Shown here piece after piece: positions 15,209 to 22,179 of a DNA stretch of 22,179 bases (position 1 is its first letter; the number at the start of each line of letters is the position of its first letter). Location of the stretch: the NCBI GenBank assembly GCA_963977445.1, contig CAXBPH010000099.1, forward strand, positions 1 through 22,179. The letters are read 5' to 3'. This DNA is from an uncultured bacterium (GTDB lineage: Bacteria > Hydrogenedentota > Hydrogenedentia > Hydrogenedentales > JAEUWI01). The position numbers were made by a program, and so were the translations under genes. The notes under the pieces were generated by a model. It made no database searches, had not been told where the DNA came from, and was given only the letters and a program-made list of their open reading frames with translations.

Positions 15209-16714
15209 TCACCCGTTGATCGCGAGATAGAGATCCTGGGGCACGCCGTTGTAGAGGGCATTCAACTCCTGCACAAAGGTGGCCAGGGCTTGCGTGATTT
15301 CGGGGGTTGCATTGGGTGGAGCCGTTGTCTTTACCAGGCGGTCTTTCAAGGCTTCACTTACTTTCTTAACCACATCGCGCTTGTATTCTTTGTCCAGGGC
15401 GCTGATGGATTGGATAACCTCTTGCTGGACGTAGGCCGCCGTACCCTGATCGAAAATCCCCTGGGCGACCGCCAGCTGGGCATCCATAGCCACGCCGTGA
15501 AAAAGGAACAGGAAATCGGCAAACACCAGACTGCTTCGCCCCTGATCCACGTCGTCGTTGATGAATTTTATGGTACGTTCCAGGTGGGTTTTGAAACTGC
15601 GAATGAGGGCGACCCCTTCCTGGAAATGGCCTGCCTGTTGGCGTTGGGGCAGGTGCTCCTGCCAAAAGGCAGCCATGGCACTGTCCACAGTATCTTGCCG
15701 AAGACCACAGGCCACCGCTTCGGGCAGATAGAAGGTGTCCCCCGCTGCTGGCGCGCTCCGTGGCCGAAAGGTGGCCCCACAGCTCGGTGCATCGGGTGCC
15801 AATATCCAGTTCTGCGGCATATCCGACGTCATGCGAATGACACGCCAGCGATCGCCGGGGCTATCCTGGTAGAAGTCTTCAATCCGTCCCGAAAGTCGGG
15901 CGACACTCGATGGTCCATTGTCGAGGGCCAGCAGGAATTGTTGGATATAATCCACGGCCGGGGCCGCCGTATGGGGCACCATGGCGAAATATTCCGCGTC
16001 TATGTCATCGGGCAGGCCACCCTCGCCACCATCAAGAATTCGGAAGGGAACGTGGCGCTGAAGTGCCTCCAGCTCCATCCCGCCATCATTGACGACGATT
16101 ATTTCCGCTACGGGGTGACTTTGGGCCGCAATACCACTCAAGGTGTGTTCCAGATAGGGCGCGGCGTCCTGGGTGCTCAGAAAGAAGGCCACGGGGGCTT
16201 CACTGGGTAGCGGATCCAGGTGGAGGGTCTTCGTTCCCACCGTTTTGGACGTCACCTGTGCATGCCAGCCGTCTATGCCTGGCCACTTGGGTGCCAGTTT
16301 ACGGGCAACGGTGACCATGGGCACGACGTCATCAAATCGACTGTTGTTCAGGCCGAATTCAACCAGGGTATTCAGCATCAGCATATCGGGATTCTGCCAT
16401 TGGAGGGCCTTCTTCCAGATTTCCAATGCACTCTCGAAAGCGCCATCGCGCAGCAGTGCCTTGAGCAGGCTATAGCGCACCCACGGAGCCGTGTCGGCCT
16501 TGACGAGCGGCAGGAGGGCCTTGGCACCCGTACCCTGATACAACTCAAAGAGGAGCATATCGGCTTCGTTCTTCGGGTCGATATCGGAAAGCAGGGCATC
16601 GATAGCACCCATGTCCCGTCGGGCACCATAGAAATACAGCAGATCGCCATAGTTACGATCCTCTTCGGCCCGTCCACGGAGATTTGCTTCCTGAAGCGTG
16701 ACAATGGATGCCAT
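15209..16714 (-). CDS. Hypothetical protein with a helical-repeat N-terminus and a degenerate glycosyltransferase family 2-like domain
   Basis: YLEHTLSGIAAQSHPVAEIIVVNDGG resembles the GT2 N-terminal fold, but no DxD follows at the expected strand. Confidence 0.6.
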   Translation of the reverse strand: MASIVTLQEANLRGRAEEDRNYGDLLYFYGARRDMGAIDALLSDIDPKNEADMLLFELYQGTGAKALLPLVKADTAPWVRYSLLKALLRDGAFESALEIWKKALQWQNPDMLMLNTLVEFGLNNSRFDDVVPMVTVARKLAPKWPGIDGWHAQVTSKTVGTKTLHLDPLPSEAPVAFFLSTQDAAPYLEHTLSGIAAQSHPVAEIIVVNDGGMELEALQRHVPFRILDGGEGGLPDDIDAEYFAMVPHTAAPAVDYIQQFLLALDNGPSSVARLSGRIEDFYQDSPGDRWRVIRMTSDMPQNWILAPDAPSCGATFRPRSAPAAGDTFYLPEAVACGLRQDTVDSAMAAFWQEHLPQRQQAGHFQEGVALIRSFKTHLERTIKFINDDVDQGRSSLVFADFLFLFHGVAMDAQLAVAQGIFDQGTAAYVQQEVIQSISALDKEYKRDVVKKVSEALKDRLVKTTAPPNATPEITQALATFVQELNALYNGVPQDLYLAING

Positions 16715-16729
16715 AATGAGTTTTCCGTT

Positions 16730-17785
16730 CTACTTGCCGAGGGGAAAAAGAAGCTTTTGGACTTCCGGGTCATTAAAGTTTTCCATCGTCACCACCGTCA
16801 CCCCGGTGTCGATACGCTTTTCGACGGTCTCGCCCGCAATGGCCGCCAGCGCCGCTTTGACCCCTTCATAGCCCATGCGATAGGGGTTTTGGACGACGAG
16901 GGCCTGTATGGCTCCGCTCTGAAGGCCGGCGATCTCTTCTTCCGCTGCATCAAAGGCAACAAGCTTTACCTGACCCTGTTTGCCAATGGCTTTGAGGGCC
17001 TGGGCTGCCCCAATCGCTGCGGGTTCGTTGGTCGCAAAAATGCCTTTGAGTTCCGTGTCCCGGGTAAGCATATCCTGGGTAACTTCCATGGCCTTGGCCA
17101 CGTCACTCTGACAATAGAGGGTTGCACTAACGGCAATGTCCGGAAACTGGCCAATCCCGCTGAGGAAACCTTCCTCGCGCATGTTGGAGGTGGCCGCGCC
17201 CTTGATGAAGGGAATGAGGCCCACGTTACCCGCATTGCCGATGAGCCCGGCCAGCGTCTTGGCCGCCATCTCTGCACCGGCCACATTGTCCGTCGCCACG
17301 AAGGACAAGGGCAAATCGGAAGCGACGCCCGAATCGATGGTAATCACGGGAATGCCCGCATCGGTGGCTTTCTGCACCATGGGGATGAGGGCGTTTTCAT
17401 CGCAGGCCGCCAACACGAGTCCGTCGACCTTGCTGTTGACCATGTCCTGAACGATGTTTATCTGCTTTTCAACTTCGGTTTCTTTGTTGGGACCCTGCCA
17501 GATGATTTCCGCGCCACCTTCTGCCGCTGCGGCTTCGGCACCGGCCTTGATGGTCAACCAGAACTGGTGGGCCAGGCCCTTGGGAACGACGGCGATGCGC
17601 AGCGGCCCTTCCGTGGTGCTTTCGGTGGACGGCGCAGCTTCCCCGGCTTCGGTCGCCGGTGGTGGTGTTTCCGATGGACCACCACATCCCGTTAGCACGG
17701 TGACGGCCGCCAGGGCGATGAGTCCGGTGTGAAGCAAAACATTGTGGGTGCCCATGGCACCGAAGGGCATGAAGATTCCCCGCAT
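16730..17785 (-). CDS. Sugar ABC transporter substrate-binding lipoprotein (RbsB-like)
   Basis: Lipobox LTGC, IAVVPKGLAHQFW, GIPVITIDS, VATDN, REEGF and VQNPYRMGY. Start placed at ATG 17785 after GGGAG; 17770 and 17755 are alternatives. Confidence 0.9.
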   Translation of the reverse strand: MRGIFMPFGAMGTHNVLLHTGLIALAAVTVLTGCGGPSETPPPATEAGEAAPSTESTTEGPLRIAVVPKGLAHQFWLTIKAGAEAAAAEGGAEIIWQGPNKETEVEKQINIVQDMVNSKVDGLVLAACDENALIPMVQKATDAGIPVITIDSGVASDLPLSFVATDNVAGAEMAAKTLAGLIGNAGNVGLIPFIKGAATSNMREEGFLSGIGQFPDIAVSATLYCQSDVAKAMEVTQDMLTRDTELKGIFATNEPAAIGAAQALKAIGKQGQVKLVAFDAAEEEIAGLQSGAIQALVVQNPYRMGYEGVKAALAAIAGETVEKRIDTGVTVVTMENFNDPEVQKLLFPLGK

Positions 17786-17831
17786 GATCAAAAGTCTCCC
17801 ATTATTTTTTCCGACAGGATTGCCGCGCAAC

Positions 17832-18671
17832 TCAGCGCGGAATATAAAAACGCTGGCCGGTGCTTTGGATTTCCACCGCCACGCCAAAACTCTTTACATC
17901 AATAAGTTTCGCATTACTTCCCGGCAAAAACTCACCAATGAACACTTTTTCAAGATTGATAAAGGCATTGCCAATGGGCCGTGTTGGGCCCTGCTCGTTG
18001 AGCATGTTCAACTGGATGCCGTCCAGGCGATACTGGCCTCGGTCTTGACGGGACAACATGGGGAGCGAACGAATGTCCGGAGGGAGGGGTTCGTTGTTTA
18101 CCTTCACCTCTTTCGCTGGGGCCGGTGCTGCATGGGCGACAGGGGCCGGGGGGCGCGCTTCCTGGGGAGCGTGTGCCGGTACGGCTACCGCAGGGGGCGT
18201 CGTGCTATGTGCCTTGGCGGGTTCTGGCGCAGTGGCCGCCATCTTGGGCAGCGAAACCGGCGTTGTAACCACCTCATCGGTGGCCGTCGGTCCGGTGGGT
18301 TCAAGGTCCGGGGCCGGCGCATCTACTTCGGGAGTCACGATCGAGACGGGTTCTGGCGCGACGGGTTCCGAGGGAGACGCTGCGGTCGGAGCAGGCGTCG
18401 TGTTCGCATATTGACTTGCGGACGACTGATTTTGCTGCAACAGCAGCATAACGACGAGCACGACCACGCCAATGATCAGCACGGTGAATACCCCACCGCC
18501 CAATACCCAGAGCAAGGGGGCCATGGTGCGTGATGTGCCTGGGCCATCTACCAGATCCGCAAGCAGGGTGTTGCTGCTGTAATCCGCGTCCGCCGCCGAC
18601 ACAATCTCCGACGACTGGGGCGTATATTTCTCGGCCTCCAGCTTTTTTAATGCTTCAAGGATGGAGCTCAT
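17832..18671 (-). CDS. GspB/ExeB-like type II secretion accessory protein
   Basis: N-terminus MSSILEALKKLE typical of ExeB/GspB, a single TM, a Pro/Ala linker and a small C-terminal beta domain. It follows the exeA-like gene. Start set at ATG 18671 after GAGG. Confidence 0.72.
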   Translation of the reverse strand: MSSILEALKKLEAEKYTPQSSEIVSAADADYSSNTLLADLVDGPGTSRTMAPLLWVLGGGVFTVLIIGVVVLVVMLLLQQNQSSASQYANTTPAPTAASPSEPVAPEPVSIVTPEVDAPAPDLEPTGPTATDEVVTTPVSLPKMAATAPEPAKAHSTTPPAVAVPAHAPQEARPPAPVAHAAPAPAKEVKVNNEPLPPDIRSLPMLSRQDRGQYRLDGIQLNMLNEQGPTRPIGNAFINLEKVFIGEFLPGSNAKLIDVKSFGVAVEIQSTGQRFYIPR

Positions 18672-18792
18672 ATCCAAAGCCTCGGAGGCATGGTGGTGTG
18701 TAATGACAGCGGCAAAATTTTCATAGGCCTATTGTACTGTTTCAGGCGGCGGTGTGCCAGCTTCCGAGGCGGGCAGAGCGGTATCGCAGAAA

Positions 18793-21240
18793 TCAGCTCT
18801 CCGGTGCCGGGATATCATCCCCTTCCACAGCCGGGGCGTCATTCACCTCGGGCGGGGGGGCTGCAGGCGTGAATCCGGGATCAGGAAGCTCGACGATGGT
18901 AATCTGGCTGCCTGAGGTAGTCCCTTCCGGTGGCGGAATCTCTTCGCGCTGAATTATCGGTGGATCCGCTACGGGCGGTGCCACAGGTGCCGTTTCAACC
19001 GTTTTCCCTTCACTGACTTCGGCGGCGGCGGAATCGTCCGGCGCAGTAGCTTCGGCGGTTGACTCTTCCGTGGGCAGGGGTACCTCATTGGCCTCGGATG
19101 TGGGGGCGACCACGTCACCTACGTTCGTCAGGGTTACCGGCGCGGGCGTTGGCGCTTCTTCCACCACGGGAGGGGCAGACACCACCTCGGGCTCGGCCGG
19201 GGGGGTGGATGGTTCAGGTTCTGTCGGGGATATTTCCGGTTGGGGCACGACGGGCGCTTCCGGCGCTTCCGCTACGGGAGTCGGCTCCGGTGCAGATGCT
19301 GCTTCCGGTGCGAGAACGGCTTCCGGGGTGGGAGCGACCTCTACGCCCGCTTTCGGCCCGTCGGCTTGTTCGTTGGCCTCGGTTTTGGTTTCAACCGCTG
19401 GCGCAGGGAGCTCCTCGGCGGGTGCGGTAGCCTTGGGCACATCGGCCGAGGCCACGGTCACTTCCCGGGCTTTCGTGGGCGCACTGAGGCCTGGAATGCC
19501 GTCGGGCTTCTCCCAGCTTTGCAGCACCATCCGCACTTGCTTGCCCGCAATACCATCCACTTCCAGGCTGGTCTCCGCCTGGAGTCGGGCCACGGCCTTG
19601 CTCAGCACCCCATCATAGGTGTCGGCGTTATCGCTTCCATCCAGGCGGCCAAGTTGGACAAGTGACTTACGCAGGGACTGCACATTGGAATTCTTTGCGC
19701 CCGGCAACAGGGCCGAGGCATTGGGCGACGGGTCCGTCCAGAACACGTAAGCGTTTCCCTCGTATATTTCGCGAAACGCGCCGCGCTCTATCGTCCACTG
19801 GGTGGCATCCGAAGACAAGGTCAGGGTGTTCTCTTTCGCTGCCGTCAACGTAGCCGTACGGACGGTGTCGTCCACGGCAAACTGCACGATGGCCGGCAGA
19901 TCCAAGGCGAGCAACTGGTCCAGTGCGGGATTAAGAAATTCAATCGCCAGGCCATTGTCCCGGGCGAAGTCGGCCAATCCTTTTTCATCAAGAGAGGTCG
20001 GCAACTCACCGATGGGCACTTTGTTCCACGCCGCAAGCATAGATTTTACTGCCGATTGGAGGGCCTCCTCCGCACTGAGTTGTTTGAGGGCGTCAGGAAC
20101 CGTCTCCACGACTTCGTCCACGGATGGCGGTAGCGAGGTCAGCACGGCGGCGGCGGTGCTATCGGGTGCGGGCACCTCGTCCGCACCAGCCACGTCGGAT
20201 GAAATCGGGGCCGATGGCGTCTCTTCGACGGGGGCGATTTCTCGCACGGGTGCCGGAACAGGTTTCGCTTCGGGCAAATAGCTCGCCATCTGGTCCAGAT
20301 AGCCTCGGGTGCGATCACGCAACACGGGCGAATTGGCAAAGGCGATGGCCACGAGTACAACAGCCGCAATACCGGTAATGGGATTCCATATGAGTTGACC
20401 GAAGGAACGGCGCGCACGGTTTTTACCAAAAATATCATCGCCCCGAATTTCTCGGTAAGCCCGGTTGACGATGGATGCCGTGATGGTATGGACTTCCTTC
20501 GTAAAACCAATGAGCAGCGCGCGATCGCAGACGGCGTTGATCATACGAGGCGTGCCACCGGAAATCTTATAGACGGCGCGCACAGCGCCCCGGGCAAACT
20601 TCACCTTACGGCGGCCACCGGCAACGTGAAGTCGGTAGGCCACGTATTGGAGCACTTCCTTCTCGCTCAGTGGGCGAAGATGGTAACGGGCTGCAATACG
20701 TTGGTTCAGTTGGCGCAATTCATGGAGGGCGAGCTTGTCACCCAGCTCCGGCTGCCCGATAAGGACAATTTGCAGCAGCTTCTCCGTCTCTGTTTCCAGA
20801 TTGGAGAGCAGGCGTATCTGCTCCAGCACCTGGGGATCGAGATTCTGGGCCTCGTCGATTAGCAGGACGCAGTTCTTGCCCTTTGCCGCCGCTTCGAGGA
20901 GGTATTGATTCAAATCCTCGGTTATTTCCAGCGCATTGGTGCCCGCGCTGTCCACGCCAAACTCGGAGACGATTTTCTTCAGCAATTCCAGCGGACTGAG
21001 CATGGGATTGAAGATAAAGGCCAACTCGGTATCTTCGTCGAGCTGATTGAGGAGGTTTCGGCAGATGGTGGTCTTGCCGGTACCGATCTCGCCTGTAACC
21101 ATGACAAACCCGCTCCGGCTTCGAATGCCGTAGAGCAAATGGGCGAAGGCTTCCTTGTGTTTATCGCTGAGATAAAGAAATCGGGGATCGGGGGTCAGAT
21201 TAAAGGGCTTTTCCCGTAAGCCGTAGAACGCTCGGTACAT
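18793..21240 (-). CDS. ExeA/GspA-family AAA ATPase with a TM helix, a peptidoglycan-binding domain and a long Pro/Glu/Ala tail
   Basis: MYRAFYGLREKPFNLTPDP, Walker A GEIGTGKT, Walker B LLIDEAQNL, IGQPEL, GGTPRMINAVCDRALL and PG-binding-like AVARLQAETSLEVDGIAG. Confidence 0.9.
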   Translation of the reverse strand: MYRAFYGLREKPFNLTPDPRFLYLSDKHKEAFAHLLYGIRSRSGFVMVTGEIGTGKTTICRNLLNQLDEDTELAFIFNPMLSPLELLKKIVSEFGVDSAGTNALEITEDLNQYLLEAAAKGKNCVLLIDEAQNLDPQVLEQIRLLSNLETETEKLLQIVLIGQPELGDKLALHELRQLNQRIAARYHLRPLSEKEVLQYVAYRLHVAGGRRKVKFARGAVRAVYKISGGTPRMINAVCDRALLIGFTKEVHTITASIVNRAYREIRGDDIFGKNRARRSFGQLIWNPITGIAAVVLVAIAFANSPVLRDRTRGYLDQMASYLPEAKPVPAPVREIAPVEETPSAPISSDVAGADEVPAPDSTAAAVLTSLPPSVDEVVETVPDALKQLSAEEALQSAVKSMLAAWNKVPIGELPTSLDEKGLADFARDNGLAIEFLNPALDQLLALDLPAIVQFAVDDTVRTATLTAAKENTLTLSSDATQWTIERGAFREIYEGNAYVFWTDPSPNASALLPGAKNSNVQSLRKSLVQLGRLDGSDNADTYDGVLSKAVARLQAETSLEVDGIAGKQVRMVLQSWEKPDGIPGLSAPTKAREVTVASADVPKATAPAEELPAPAVETKTEANEQADGPKAGVEVAPTPEAVLAPEAASAPEPTPVAEAPEAPVVPQPEISPTEPEPSTPPAEPEVVSAPPVVEEAPTPAPVTLTNVGDVVAPTSEANEVPLPTEESTAEATAPDDSAAAEVSEGKTVETAPVAPPVADPPIIQREEIPPPEGTTSGSQITIVELPDPGFTPAAPPPEVNDAPAVEGDDIPAPES

Positions 21241-21567
21241 GGATTCCCTCGTTGGACGCTTCGTACAGGCACTTGGTCACGATTTGATCAACCAGCCTAG
21301 CATTTCGTGGGAATGGAGTCAATTTGCATGTCGCCATGGGCCGTCCCAAATACGTTGCAGGAAGTCCCCACCGGGGGTTGACCACGCCTGGTCGACATAA
21401 GGCCCACGACGATGTGCTAATGGCCATCGTCCGGAGGACGACGAAATGGCGGCAAAGTGGACGATCTGACAAAAAACTGACGATTGCTTTTCAAATCGGA
21501 CGTCGGGCCAAATTCGTAAGCCGTTATGTTTACGTACCTTAGGGATTCACTACCGCGCACGTCAAAA

Positions 21568-21584
21568 TTGGCATAGCTGTTGCG
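21568..21584 (+). promoter_or_regulatory. sigma54 (RpoN) -24/-12 promoter candidate
   Basis: TTGGCATAGCTGTTGCG has GG-N10-GC with TGGCA and TTGC cores, about 50 nt upstream of an SD-led ORF. Confidence 0.7.
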
Positions 21585-21636
21585 TTAGTTAAATCATCGA
21601 ATCTGGTCTCAGGCCTCAACATGGAGGATTTTGCTA

Positions 21637-21807
21637 ATGAAAGTCTACTACACCAAATGCCGATCCTGTAATGGCTCCATGCGGGCCAGTGCAAAGCTTT
21701 GTATCCACTGCGGAACCCATGCCCGTCACTTGCCCGCCTTCTGGTTTTCCGTATTGAGCGCGCTCTTTGTGACCTACGTCATCCTCGACAACTTCAAGCT
21801 TATCTGA
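21637..21807 (+). CDS. 56-aa zinc-ribbon protein with a C-terminal membrane anchor (not in the ORF track)
   Basis: SD GGAGG (21623-21627), then MKVYYTKCRSCNGSMRASAKLCIHCGTHARHLPAFWFSVLSALFVTYVILDNFKLI: CxxC-x10-CxxCG followed by a hydrophobic helix. Confidence 0.78.
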   Translation: MKVYYTKCRSCNGSMRASAKLCIHCGTHARHLPAFWFSVLSALFVTYVILDNFKLI

Positions 21808-21861
21808 CTCTGGTTCCACACACCCGCCCCTCCCCCAGGTGGTTCCTGCCTGGCGCATCGC

Positions 21862-21908
21862 GGGAAAGTGCAGCCGACCTCTTCGCACCGGGTTAACTGC
21901 ACTTTCCC
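21862..21908. repeat. Perfect 12-bp inverted repeat (hairpin) between two small ORFs
   Basis: GGGAAAGTGCAG (21862-21873) and CTGCACTTTCCC (21897-21908), with no strong U-tract. Confidence 0.7.
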
Positions 21909-21937
21909 CACTATTTACGTCAGGAGGGTGATTTTTT

Positions 21938-22069
21938 ATGGCTCATGGGCAATTAATGGGTGCCAACAAAGACTCACTCCGCCAAAACAAATTGAACCCA
22001 TCAATCGTGCCGCACGATCCGGTATTCCCGGTCGAAGATGCGCCTGAGGAGGATTCGTGCGTGGATTAG
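21938..22069 (+). CDS. Possible 43-aa hydrophilic small protein
   Basis: SD AGGAGG (21922-21927), ATG 21938, MAHGQLMGANKDSLRQNKLNPSIVPHDPVFPVEDAPEEDSCVD, TAG ending at 22069. No recognisable motif. Confidence 0.4.
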   Translation: MAHGQLMGANKDSLRQNKLNPSIVPHDPVFPVEDAPEEDSCVD

Positions 22070-22179
22070 GAGGTAGGACTACATCTCTACATCAAAGCCA
22101 GGCACAATGCTCCATTCCCAATGCCCAATGACCAATTGAAGACTTCACACAACCAAGCAGACTCCAACGACGTCCCACA

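Noticed and set aside
13627..17695. Long + strand ORFs 13627-14607, 15065-16210 and 16220-17695
   Set aside because: All are antisense to better-supported genes and lack recognisable motifs.
17786..17887. 34-aa extension of the sugar-binding protein overlapping the gspB-like gene
   Set aside because: It would overlap the upstream gene and put the lipobox too far from the start. An SD supports ATG 17785.
21324..21896. ORF-track entries 21324-21542, 21634-21888 and 21699-21896
   Set aside because: No SD or motifs. The 21637-21807 frame has an SD, a promoter and a coherent domain pattern.
22111..22138. Short degenerate heptamer run (CTCCATT CCCAATG CCCAATG ACCAATT) and an open frame from ATG 22121
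   Set aside because: Too short to call a repeat element or CRISPR. The frame has no SD and is cut by the window edge.

Overview
GC-rich bacterial chromosomal region made mostly of housekeeping and accessory genes. I see no mobile element, CRISPR array, rRNA or tRNA. Genes in order: short-form leuA lacking the regulatory domain, stand-alone Hpt protein, DUF151 bifunctional nuclease, mutY with an intact C-terminal Nudix box, K+ channel, glycerate kinase, Tat-lipoprotein metallophosphoesterase, YhhN protein, LURP-one/scramblase-like protein, pheA, uvrD/pcrA, HD-GYP protein, DUF4288-like fusion, Cys-rich protein, TlpA, degenerate GT2-like protein, sugar ABC binding lipoprotein and an exeB/exeA (gspB/gspA)-like pair. 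The strongest signals are non-coding or too short for the ORF track. (1) Upstream of leuA is a complete ribosome-mediated attenuator: sigma70 promoter, 32-aa Leu/Val/Ile-rich leader peptide, antiterminator and terminator, followed by a second SD-led mini-ORF. (2) A 49-aa hydrophobic, nearly uncharged protein gene has its own promoter, a structured 5' leader of about 180 nt and a terminator. (3) A sigma54-type promoter precedes a 56-aa zinc-ribbon/TM microprotein and a possible 43-aa ORF. All calls come from reading motifs by eye; no database search or RNA folding was run.
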